64,000 nt of DNA, taken from the human T2T-CHM13v2.0 reference genome, Homo sapiens. The notes beneath the pieces were generated by a model, which did no database searches, had not been told where the DNA came from, and was given only the letters and a program-made list of their open reading frames with translations. A program made the position numbers and the translations under genes. Positions 35,352-47,299 of this stretch are shown in pieces. The DNA lies in assembly GCF_009914755.1 (NCBI RefSeq), contig NC_060931.1; one strand, written 5' to 3'. Positions within the stretch are counted from its first letter, which is position 1. Each line of letters begins with the position of its first letter.

Positions 35352-35453
35352 TTTTGTTTGTTTGTTTGTTTTGTGTTTTTTTTTTTTTTTGAGATGGTGT
35401 CTCACTCTGTCGCCCAGGCTGGAGTGCAGTAGTGCGATCTTGGCTCACTGCAA
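35352..35453 (-). mobile_element. Severely 5'-truncated Alu
   Basis: About 60 bp of the 3' end plus tail, TSD agagctag. Confidence 0.88.
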
Positions 35454-36890
35454 GAGAGCTAGGTTTTTTTTCCTGACAAGTTTGGTTATTGAATTTGAGG
35501 TGTTGGCAATGTACCCATATGCAGAGTCTTCCAGGAGGTAAATGAAATTGTGGCTTGGTGGTTAAGAGGGAAGATTGAATGAAAAATTTCATTTATTTTG
35601 GAGTCATCTGTAGAGGGATAACACCAAAGACTTGTCATTGATGAATAAAAACATTAATTAATGCACAATATGCTGCAGATAGAAAAAGATCTATACATCC
35701 ACTACAAATCATACCCCTCTCTATGTCTGCTAGGTAGGCCTAGCTTGTGTGTGATTTTACAAGTTCTAGAACTTGTACAGTAAAAGAATTGGAAAATGTA
35801 GAATGTCTACCTTTAAAATGGTAAATAAAATGTACTTTAAACACCTGAAAGTATTCCCTTGTGCTTTGATACATGTGCAATCTGTTTCTGTTGGCAAGAG
35901 AAAGACTAAACAGAATTTAGCAGACCATACAGTTCAACAAACAAAAGATACTATGACCCTGAAGCAGGGTAAATGGTAAACTGTTCTTCAAATAAAGCAC
36001 ACATTTGCTCTAGGAGGACTGAAAGCAAAAATAGAACAGTCTATGCCATAGGGATGCTGATTAGCAAAAGAATTCTACACCTGGGAATCTTGCTTCTTCA
36101 ATTTCACAAGTGACAATGGAGTAACTAAGTTGGAGAGAGAAAATGAGGATCAAGGGAAAAAAATCACAGAAATAGAACAAAACAATATAAAACAAACACA
36201 ATAAATAGAGTATTTAGAGAACACCCTGAAGACTTTTCCCTGTAAAAAGTGGCTCTTTGTCTTAAGAGCCTCTGATTTCTAAAACTCACAAAACTTGAAG
36301 ATGCAGGTTTGGAATTTCCCACTAAATGTTTAACCCACTAAATAGCAACTGGAAAATCTCGGCTATGTGGACCCTTATGCCCAGAAATAAAGGAAAGAGT
36401 TGTAAGAAATGCTGAGGCACCTGTAACCTAGTACCTGCTATAGAAATCCATACTCCTCAACTTAATCAAAGTGATGTGTGTATATCATTCCCATTTCTCA
36501 AAGGCACCTTCACTTATGTAAGTGATTTCTCTTGCTATTTAATGACATATTTCTAAATAATACATATGTTTTTATTTCTTGATTCATTTAGAATTTCCAT
36601 TGACTTCCTGTTATGAAATATCAGAATTAGTGCCCCCACAACATATACACAGATACACACACACAGAAAAGTACACACAGTCACACAGACATATGCAATC
36701 TTCCCCTTCTCTTTTCTGCTCCTAAATCATACCACACTTCTTTGGTTGTATTGATACTTGTTTTCATTGTTGTGACTACATAAATATTGCTTATTGCTAA
36801 GGCACATAGTGTTCTATGACTTTATTTCCATTTTTTTCAACTTCTGTTTTCCCTGAAGTAGACTGCACTGTTTTCAATTGCCTTGTTTTC

Positions 36891-37345
<455 letters not shown>

Positions 37346-37784
37346 CTCAATCGCCTAGTTTTCTCTGAACTATAATTTATTTATTCCTCAAAGTCTCTGC
37401 CAGAGGTGTAGTTTTTCTCAATATAATCAAACACATGAGATAATTTATGAGTTTCTTTCCTTTTTCTTGGGGACTTCCTTCTCTATGTCTTTGATTTCAT
37501 CTTCCAGTTGGACCTGGATGATCTCTAGACCTGCTGAACCACAGCTATCCCAGGTCCTTCATCACTATCCTGAGAATTATCAGTATATAAATAGAATTTA
37601 AAGCCACTGGACTTGATGAGATCACCCAGGGAGTGAGTGCAGAGAAAGATGTCTGGAGTGCTTCACCACTGAGAGGTCAGGAAGATGAGTCATATTCAGT
37701 AAAGAAGATGACAAGATGTGGCCAGGAGACAAGAGGAGAGCTAAGAAAAGGTGGAATCATGAAAGCTAAGTGAAGAAAGTATTT

Positions 37785-38418
<634 letters not shown>

Positions 38419-39317
38419 TCAATTGAAGAGAAACATTGATGACACAGAAGAGAGAGGTGACAACTGCAGGAGCAATTTCCTTGAGTAGGTCAGAGGGAAT
38501 GAATGGAGTACAGGTAGACAGAACATTAACAGACAGAAAGTGAAGTATGTGGGAACAGGTTTGGGTAGGCTACTTGATGTCATGGTGGGAGCATGTCTCA
38601 GTTCCCTTCTGCTTACTGGCGCCTGTATATTCTTGTTTCTCAGTTTATCTCCTCGTTTTGGTAAAACTTAGATTCTTGACAAAGGGAAATGGGAATTTAT
38701 ATTATGTAAAACTGACATGTCTGACAGTATCTTCAGTCTACCGTTATTTTGCTGAATATAGAATTTTGGGTTGAAAATAGTTTTCCCTCAGCATTTTGAG
38801 GATATTAGTTCTATTGTCTTCCAGCTACCAGTGCCATGTTGAGGAGTCTGATGATGTTCTGATTCCTGAGCTTTCAGATGTGATTTGTTCTAGTTTTGTC
38901 TCTTTTTGTCTTGTTTTGTTTTTCCTCTCTCTGAAAGCTTCTATACCCTTCTATTTATGTTAGTGTTCCGAAATTTCAGCATTCTGGACTTAGTGAGGAT
39001 ATTTTTATTTATTGTCCCATAAGCCTGTCCATGGGCCCCTCCAATCTGGAAATTCATATCATTCAATTCTAGGAAAAGTTACTGTATGATTTCTTTAATA
39101 ATTTTCTCCATTTCTCATTGTCTTCTTTCTTGAACTATTTTTTCAATGTTAAAAATTAAATCCTTTAATTTTCTTATTTTTCTCTGCTATTTTCTAGATT
39201 TTTTATTTTGTTCTACTTTCTGGTAATTTCTTCAGCTTTATCTTGGACCCTTTTATAGATTATATATCTACTGTCATAGTTTTAATTTCTAAAAGTTCTT
39301 TCTTATTTCTTTAAAAT

Positions 39318-39535
39318 ATAGCACAGTGGCTCTAGAGCCAGACTGGGTCCCATCCCAGTACCATTTGCTAGCTATGGGATCTTGGGCAAATTACTTAACC
39401 TCTCTGTGCCTTGATTTATCCATCTGTAGTGTAATAATATATCTCTTAGAGTTCTTGTAAAAATTAAATGAGTCAATAGATATAAAGTATCTAGAACAGT
39501 ATCTAATAAATGTTAGGAATTATTGTTATCATTAT
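39318..39535 (+). mobile_element. MIR
   Basis: atcttgggcaaattacttaacctctctgtgcc...tttatccatctgta. Confidence 0.8.
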
Positions 39536-40349
39536 TGTATGTTAGAGAAAAATGCCTTTTTGACTTTTTGACTTTTTCTTCCGTTCACACTTCAGTTTTT
39601 ACTTCTTTGATTTTATGTATTTAATTCATTTATCTTGATTCTAGTCTTTCATATGAATAAGTTTTCTTGGAAGTCAGGATTCTTGCACAATTTCATACTT
39701 GTAAAGTATGCGGAGGGGTGGTGGTTACTGACCAGTGGACTTCACAATGGAGTGAAAACACGGAGACCTGAGTTTTTCAATGGGGACCCTCCAATGTCAG
39801 CAACTGTAGGTCTTGTGTCTTGGGCTGGTCAGTTCCTTAAAAAGGAATTCTCTAATTTCCTGCCTAAGAGGGTATACATCTGTCTGTCCAAAATTTGGGG
39901 AGTCCAGAAGGGAAGGAGGCCACCGATAAGTAGCTCACTAATCAGGATCAATCTTCCTCTTTTTAGTATAGAATCTCATCCCCATAGTAAGCTGTGTAAA
40001 CTTCTCTAGAAAATAAATTCCTCCACTTCCCCCTGGGAATGAAGAAGAGCAATTACTTGCCTACATAAGATAGAGAAGGGGCTGGAGGGTGGACAGTGTT
40101 ATCAGCTCTTTCTACAGCCATTTAACCAATCCTCACCCCTTACCAGCCCTCCAGAGACACCTGGTGTCTTCAGACTCTGTGCTCTGTAATACAGATGTGA
40201 TCTTGCTTCTTGTTGGCTTGCTCTCACTGACCCTTCACCCAGGCTTAGGTTCCAGCATTCTTCAGTTTGCTGTTAGTTCCAAAATTCTAGTAGACAACTC
40301 TCATCTGTTCTTGTCTCTTTTCCTATTCTTTTTTTTAATTAAAGAATTA

Positions 40350-40702
40350 ATTTTTTTAAAATTTGTGATAAAGTACACATAACATGAAGTTTACTATCTT
40401 TATCGTTTTAAGTGTACAGTTTAGCGGTGTTATATATATTCACACTGTTGTGCAACCAGTTCCAGAACTTTTTCATCTTGCAAAACCAAAGCTCTTTACC
40501 CATTAAACAGCTTCCCATTCTCCCCTCCCCAGTCAGCCACTGGCAACCACCATTCTACTTTCTCTTTCTATAAATTTTGACTTTTCTAGATACTTCATAT
40601 AAGTGGAATCATGCAGTGTTTGTCTTTTTGTGACTGACATTTCACTTAGCATAATGTCTTCTAGCATGTGTCAGAAATTCCTTCCTTTTAAGGCTGAATA
40701 AT
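40350..40702 (-). mobile_element. L1MB 3' end
   Basis: ctggcaaccaccattctactttct...catataagtggaatcat...tttaaggctgaataat. Confidence 0.8.
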
Positions 40703-41061
40703 CAAAAAAAATTAAAATTATTTTAAATTTGTATTGTGGTTCTCCTGTTCTTTTTGTTGTTTGAGTTTTCCTGTGTTCCTTTAGCCATTATTTTAGTGGA
40801 GTAGAGATAAACTTCTGTGTCCAACGTGGTCCTTAATAGAAAACCCATATTCTGTTTATGAAATATGTTTAAGGACATATTCTTTGTTGCTTTTTAAGAA
40901 TCTCTTTAACTTTGCAAGATTCCTTAAAGGAGAATAATGAGTATACATTTCGTCCTGATTTAGCCAAAGAAAAACTTATGCGTTGATATTAAGCAAAAAA
41001 AGTTGCTTCAAGCAGCTTCCTATTCAGCATGAACATAAGCTCTTCCTTAGTGAATCTAGCA

Positions 41062-41250
41062 TAGTGGATCTCAAAGTGTGGTCCCGAGACCTACAGCCTA
41101 AGTATCACCTGAGTATTTGATAGACGTGCAAATTCTCGGGCCCCACCTCAGACTTACTGAATCTGAAACTCTGGGGGTGGGGCCCAGCAACTGTGTTTTA
41201 AGTAGCCCTCCAGGTGATTCAGATGCTTGGTAAAATTTGAGAATCACTAG
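41062..41250. mobile_element. MER5A
   Basis: AGTGGATCTCAAAGTGTGGTCCC...GGGCCCCACCTCAGAC...CTCCAGGTGATTC...TTTGAGAATCACT. Confidence 0.9.
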
Positions 41251-42667
41251 TTTTCTAGCGGCAACCCTTTTGCGAAGTTGCACATAGAGATTAAACATTT
41301 TACTTACTTTTAGTCCAAATGTCTGTAAGATTTTCAGGCTATGAGGTGACCATCTTTTAGCAGGCATGTTGTGAAGTATCTGTACCACCTCTATAACATT
41401 GGGACTGTTCCCAATATTCGGGACTTTCCTCTGCTGAAGAGGCAGGCCTTATCATGTATTTATACTACCTGACCACTTCCTTATCTGGCACCCTACTGGC
41501 CACACTTACTAGACCAGTCAAGGCCAGGCAATCTACTAGATGGTCAAGACCAACTAACCTGATTCTCTCTTGAGAATATGAATCAGAGACACCAAAACTG
41601 TAGTCAGTGTTGAAATGCTAAAGGTACGTAAAACTGAGGCTGATGATCACAGTCAGCCTTGGGCAAGAACAGGCCCTGTATCCTCTCAATTGCCTCCTTT
41701 TTTTTCCTTGAGTGGGTATATATTTCTTGCACTCCAGAGACTTGATCAGGAAACACCTTAACTATTGACAGGAAATGCTGCATGATTGATTGGTCATAGT
41801 TATTATTCTGTACTGCTTGCCCAAGCCATTGACTTTGTTTTTTTGGCAGTTACATATAAGCAAGTTGATGGGTCTGTTTAATTTCCTGGTGTGAAAACAA
41901 ATTTGATAGCACTCTTTTCATTTCAATGCTGAGCTCTCAGAGTTCATTTGCCATTGCTTCCAGTCTGATTCTCTGAGAAACTGGTGCAAATTGCTTTGCA
42001 AATCCACAACCAAAGAATCAGTATCAGTGATGCTCTTTTAAGGAATATGAGATACATAGTTCCCATAAGCCACTGTTCAAAAGGCTCAAAATGAAATATT
42101 CTGAAAATGAAAGCAAAAGAAATCATAAAATATTACCAAAAAGGTTATGTGGTAGTGAATAAAAGCCAGAATATGATTTGAGAAGTGAACATTTGTTCTG
42201 AGAACAATGCTAATGTAATGGGAATATCAGGACCAAGCTTTACTTTTTCAGGTCATGGTTATTGATTTAAGAACTGATGCAAATGAAAATTACCAAAGAG
42301 CTGTTTGCAAAGATGTTTCAAGTCCAATAAGTCTTGTTTTAGTATTATACTATTGTAAATCTCTCAGGATGAAAAAGACTATATAGGTCATCTAATCCAA
42401 TTACGCATTTCATGCTTGAAATCATTGCTATATTCTTAAAGAAATGAGAACCACACAACCTTGGCATTGTGGTTGATGACAGAGAGCTATCTACCATGCT
42501 TCATATAATAAATCTACAAGAAGAAATAAATGAATTTGGAAACACAAAATGGCATTAACAAGATATGGCTCTTAATAATGTTTGGAAAAGTAGTGCTTTT
42601 TTTAATTTTGTCATTCCTAGGGAAAAGGTATTAGACATTGTGGCAGAGATTGATAATTATCTCCAGA

Positions 42668-42973
42668 CTTTTTTTTTTTTTTTTTTTTTTTGAGACAAGG
42701 TCTTACTCTATCACCCAGGCCGGAGTACAGTGGCACAACCACAGCTCACTGCAGCCTTGACCTCCCTGGGCTCAGGCGCTTATCCCACCTCAGCCTCCCG
42801 AACAGTTACGACCACATGTATACCACCAAGCCTGGCCAATTTTTGTATTTTTTTATAGAGATGGAGTCTCCCTATGTTGCCCAGGCTGGTCTCGAACCCC
42901 TGGGCTCAAGCGATCCACCCTCTTTGGCCCTCCAAAGTGTTGGGATTACAGGAGTGAGCCACTGTGCCCGTCC
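42668..42973 (-). mobile_element. AluJ
   Basis: Diverged reverse dimer, TSD (cc)agactt. Confidence 0.92.
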
Positions 42974-43061
42974 AGACTTGGTTCTTTTTAATTCCCAAAT
43001 GTTTACTTGGCACGTGACTGCTCAAAATAAATATTACATTTCCAAACTTTCCTAATAGCCA

Positions 43062-43361
43062 TTGGTTTCAGTTGCTATTGCTGTGTAACAGATTATCTCA
43101 AAACCTAGAGGCCTACAACAACCTTTTTATTATGCTCACAGATTCTGTGGAACAAGGCTTCAGCCAGGGCATCCAGTACAGGGCTGGCTTCTTCTATCAT
43201 GCTGACTTGACTTTTACAATGTTCTATTGGTCAAAGAAATCACAAGCACATTCAGATTCAAGGGGAGGGGAAATAAGACTTCAATTCATTAGTGAGTAGT
43301 GGCCACGCCACACTGTAGGAGATATTGTTGTAGCCGTCTTTGGAAAATGCAATTTGCCACA
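43062..43361 (-). mobile_element. MLT1 (F/G/H-like) LTR relic
   Basis: ttgctattgctgtgtaacagattatctcaaaac...gctcacagattctgtgg...tgccaca. Confidence 0.65.
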
Positions 43362-43364
43362 CCA

Positions 43365-45073
43365 AAGGTGTGGCCATGTTGACTAAGTTCTAGCCAAGAG
43401 GATAGAAGAGGAATTGTGTTTAACTTCCTAGAAGGAAGGGAGGGGAGGGGAGCTTCCCTTCTCTTTTTCACTTTCCTCTTAGCTAAAATATGACTGGCCC
43501 TGGAGCAGCCATTTTGGACCACAGACAGGATCATAGAGCAATGAGCTGGAGGGAGCCTGGGTCCCTGATGATCATGGAGTACCACACTGTGTCCGGAATT
43601 GGTGGGTTCTTGGTCTCACTGACTTCAAGAATGAAGCCGCAGACCCTCGCGGTGAGTGTTACGGTTCTTAAAAGTGGCGTGTCCAGAGTTTGTTCCTTCT
43701 GATGTTCGGATGTGTTCGGAGTTTCTTCCTTCTGGTGGGTTCGTGGTCTCACTGGCTCAGGAGTGAAGCTGCGGACCTTCGCGGTGAGTGTTACAGCTCT
43801 TAAGGCGGCGCATCTGGAGTTCCTCCCGGTGGGCTCGTGGTCTCGCTGGCTTCAGGAGTGAAGCTGCAGACCTTCATGGTGAGTGTTACAGCTCATAAAG
43901 GCAGTGTGGACGCAAAGAGTGAGCAGTAGCAAGATTTATTGCAAAGAGCAAAAGAACAAAGCTTCCACACTGTGGAAGGGGACCCGAGCTGGTTGCCACC
44001 ACTGGCTCAGGCAGCCTCCTTTTATTCTCTTATCTGGCCCCACACACATCCTGCTGATTGGTAGAGCCCAGTGGTCTGTTTTGACAGGGCACTGATTGGT
44101 GTGTTTACAATCCCTGAGCTAGACACAAAGGTTCTCCATGTCCCACCAGATTAGCTAGATACAGAGGGTCCACACAAAGGATCTCCACGTCCCCACCAGA
44201 ATAGCTAGATACAGAGTGGCGATTAGTGCATTCACAAACCCTGAGCTAGACACAGGGTGCTGATTGGTGTGTTTACAAACCTTGAGCTAGATACATAGTG
44301 CCGATTGGTGTATTTACAATCCCTTAGCTAGACACAAAGGTTCTCCACGTCCCCACCAGACTCAGGAGCCCAGCTGGCTTCACCCAGTGGATCCCGCACT
44401 GGGGCTGCAGGTGGAGCTGCCTGCCAGTCCCGCGCTGTGCGCCTGCGCTCCTCAGCCCTTGGGTGGTCGATGGGACTGGGCGCCGTGAAGCAGGGGGCGG
44501 CGGTCGTCGGGGAGGCTCGGGCCGCACAGGAGCCCACGGAGTGGGGGGGAGGCTCAGGCATGGCGGGCTGCAGGTCCCGAGCCCTGCCCCGCGGGAAGGC
44601 AGCTAAGGCCTGCGAGAAATTGAGCACAGCAGCTGCTAGCCCAGGTGCTAAGCCCCTGACTGCCCGGGGCCGGTGGGTCCGGCCGGCCGCTCCGAGTGCG
44701 GGGTCTGCCGAGCCCACGCCCACCCGGAACTCGCGCTGGCCCACAAGCACCACGCGCAGCCCCAGTTCCCGTCCGCGCCTCTCCCTCCACACCTCCCCGC
44801 AAGCTGAGGGAGCTGGCTCAGGCCTTGGCCAGCCCAGAAAGGGGCTCCCACAGTGCAGCGGCAGGCTGAAGGGCTCCTCAAGCGCTGCCAAAGTGGGAGC
44901 CCAGGTAGAGGAGGCGCCAAGAGCGAGTGCGGGCTGTGAGGACTGCCAGCACGCTATCACCTCTCAATACCAACTCTGAACTGCCCACATTTAGATTCCA
45001 GAGAAATAAATCTTAAGCTATTGTATTTCGCATTTTCTGCCACATGTGAGCAGTGTTTATCATAATTAATACA
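43365..45073 (+). mobile_element. MLT1J/K-like LTR split by the LTR12C insertion
   Basis: ggagcagccattttggacca...ggagcctgggtccctgatga before the LTR12C, and gagaaataaatcttaagc...taattaataca after it. Confidence 0.6.
43588..44966 (-). mobile_element. Solo LTR12C (ERV9 LTR), essentially full length
   Basis: Minus-strand termini TGAGAGGTGA...CCAATTCCGGACACA. 4-bp TSD acac/atac. Tandem repeats carrying ATTGG and AGATAC at about 44050-44360. TATA-like AATAAAA at 44020-44026 and AATAAA at 43935-43940 (minus strand). CpG-rich U3. Confidence 0.95.
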
Positions 45074-45225
45074 AATATTATCACAAATTTAGACAGGTGA
45101 TACACATGCATCTTAGATTACCAGATCCGTAAAAATAATAATGCTTACACGGTAGAGAGTAGTACTAACATTGTGCTCCAACCGGTGACATGTGAGGCTC
45201 ACCATATTTTATAAAAGTTTAATTC

Positions 45226-45573
<348 letters not shown>

Positions 45574-46631
45574 TAACTACTGTATATTTAAAGCAACGTA
45601 ACATTATTACTATAAAGTTGTTAAGAAATGAAAATAGAGAAATACATTGGCTCATGGAGTCAATACAGGATGCATCATTAACAAAGGGTTAACATCAAGA
45701 TCCATTTTTACAAGAGGGACTAGTTCGTTACATCTCTGATTTCTAGACTTGGAGTTTCCCCAGTCATGTGTTTACTCTTCCGTGGGTGGGAAGATAAATC
45801 AGAATAACCAAGTGAGCTTGCTCTTGAAATATTTTATTTACAATGATATGATAATTGTAGAAAATGAAGTATGCGTACTTAAATAGAATTTAATTGACAA
45901 AAGACAATTTTCTCTACTTCAAAATTGTAAACATTTGCAAAGTAAGCCTCATTTCAAAGTCAAAGCCTTCTACTTTAAAAGCACACATTAGTAATTCTAT
46001 TTTTCTTTATACTGAAGTATTTCAATTTTTGGACATACAAGTCAAAAATCATTCAAAGCATAAAGGAAAGTTTCAAAATAATAAGCGCCTCATCCTGCAC
46101 TATCCTATTTAAAAGAGATCAACTAACTTTGATAGGTGCCTCTCAATAAATGGTGCCTTTGTCTCAATAAATAGTAAATGCGTGGAGTGCACAACGGAAT
46201 AGCATCAGTAAGACGAAACATAATAAACAGGATGGATCGGGAAAGGCTGGATAAAATGTGGGGAAGAAAAAGAAAGACGTCACAAAGATGGGGTAGCATT
46301 TCTTTGTCCAAAAGAGAACCAGTACCACCATAAGACTTTAAACAAAGGACATTAGCAACACTTATCATGCAACTAGATTCTAGAAGGAAAATAAAATGCC
46401 ACTACTAAGGTGGAGGCTGAAGTTTCAAGACAAATCTCCTGGCACCACCTCTGCGGGGGTTCACCATGGCGAATGACGCCTGGGAAGCGGGGCGAGTGGC
46501 CAGCCCGCTCCTGGACGCGCGGACAGGTGGACACGAAGGCGGCCTCGCTGGGCCTCCCTCCGCCTCTCCCGGCCCTGGCGCGCAGCCCTGCGGTGGTCTG
46601 ACAGGCGGGTGCGCGGCGCCAGCCAGCGGAG

Positions 46632-46658
46632 GTTGCCATGGTTTCCGGGGGTCACGTG
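46632..46658 (+). promoter_or_regulatory. RFX-like half X-box (GTTGCCATGG) next to a USF-type E-box (GTCACGTG)
   Basis: GTTGCCATGG at 46632-46641 and CACGTG at 46653-46658 within the island. Motif matches only. Confidence 0.55.
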
Positions 46659-46992
46659 GGCGCGCTCTCCTGCGCCCCCTCCCGCGCACCGCGGCGGGGC
46701 GGGGGCGGGGCGCCCGGGCGGGGGAGAGGCGCGGCCGCGGCTGGAGCGGGAGGAGCAGGAGATGCTGCCAGCCCTCCCGGGGCCGCGCTCGCTCAGCCGC
46801 CGCCACCACACGGAGCAGACGCGCGCCGGGAGCCGCGGGCCGGGCCAGCCGGGCCGCCGGGGCCCAGTGCGCCGCGCTCGCAGCCGGTAGCGCGCCAGCG
46901 CCGTAGGCGCTCGCTCGGCAGCCGCGGGGCCCTAGGCCGTGCCGGGGAGGGGGCGAGGGCGGCGCCCAGGCGCCTGCCGCCCCGGAGGCAGG

Positions 46993-47299
46993 ATGAGCAT
47001 CGAGATCCCGGCGGGACTGACGGAGCTGCTGCAGGGCTTCACGGTGGAGGTGCTGAGGCACCAGCCCGCGGACCTGCTGGAGTTCGCGCTGCAGCACTTC
47101 ACCCGCCTGCAGCAGGAGAACGAGCGCAAAGGCACCGCGCGCTTCGGCCATGAGGGCAGGACCTGGGGGGACCTGGGCGCCGCTGCCGGGGGCGGCACCC
47201 CCAGCAAGGGGGTCAACTTCGCCGAGGAGCCCATGCAGTCCGACTCCGAGGACGGGGAGGAGGAGGAGGCGGCGCCCGCGGACGCAGGGGCGTTCAATG
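46993..47299 (+). CDS. PRKAR2B: PRKAR2B first coding exon (codons 1-102 plus 1 nt, phase-1 intron): RII dimerization/docking domain and start of the linker
   Basis: Translates to [47 protein letters not shown]...[14 protein letters not shown], which I recognise as the N-terminus of PKA RII-beta. ATG context is AGGATGA. Similarity ends at the donor AATG|GTGAGG (GT at 47300-47301). Confidence 0.97.

Larger units (their letters stand above)
33450..35645 (-). mobile_element. Fragmented L2 hosting nested MLT1A, MER39 and Alu insertions
   Basis: L2 3' tail (attcagtgagtatttatt...gaatgcctgctagg) and purine-rich L2 body resume on each side of the nested elements. Confidence 0.6.

Noticed and set aside
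44050-44360. Spaced direct repeats that superficially resemble a CRISPR array
   Set aside because: They are the normal tandem CCAAT/GATA repeats of ERV9 LTRs in a mammalian context, with no cas genes.
44400-44950. Second CpG-rich patch suggesting another gene promoter
   Set aside because: Explained by the LTR12C. No exon or coding signal follows it.
44324-44979. 180-210 aa ORFs on both strands
   Set aside because: They lie wholly inside the GC-rich U3 of LTR12C.
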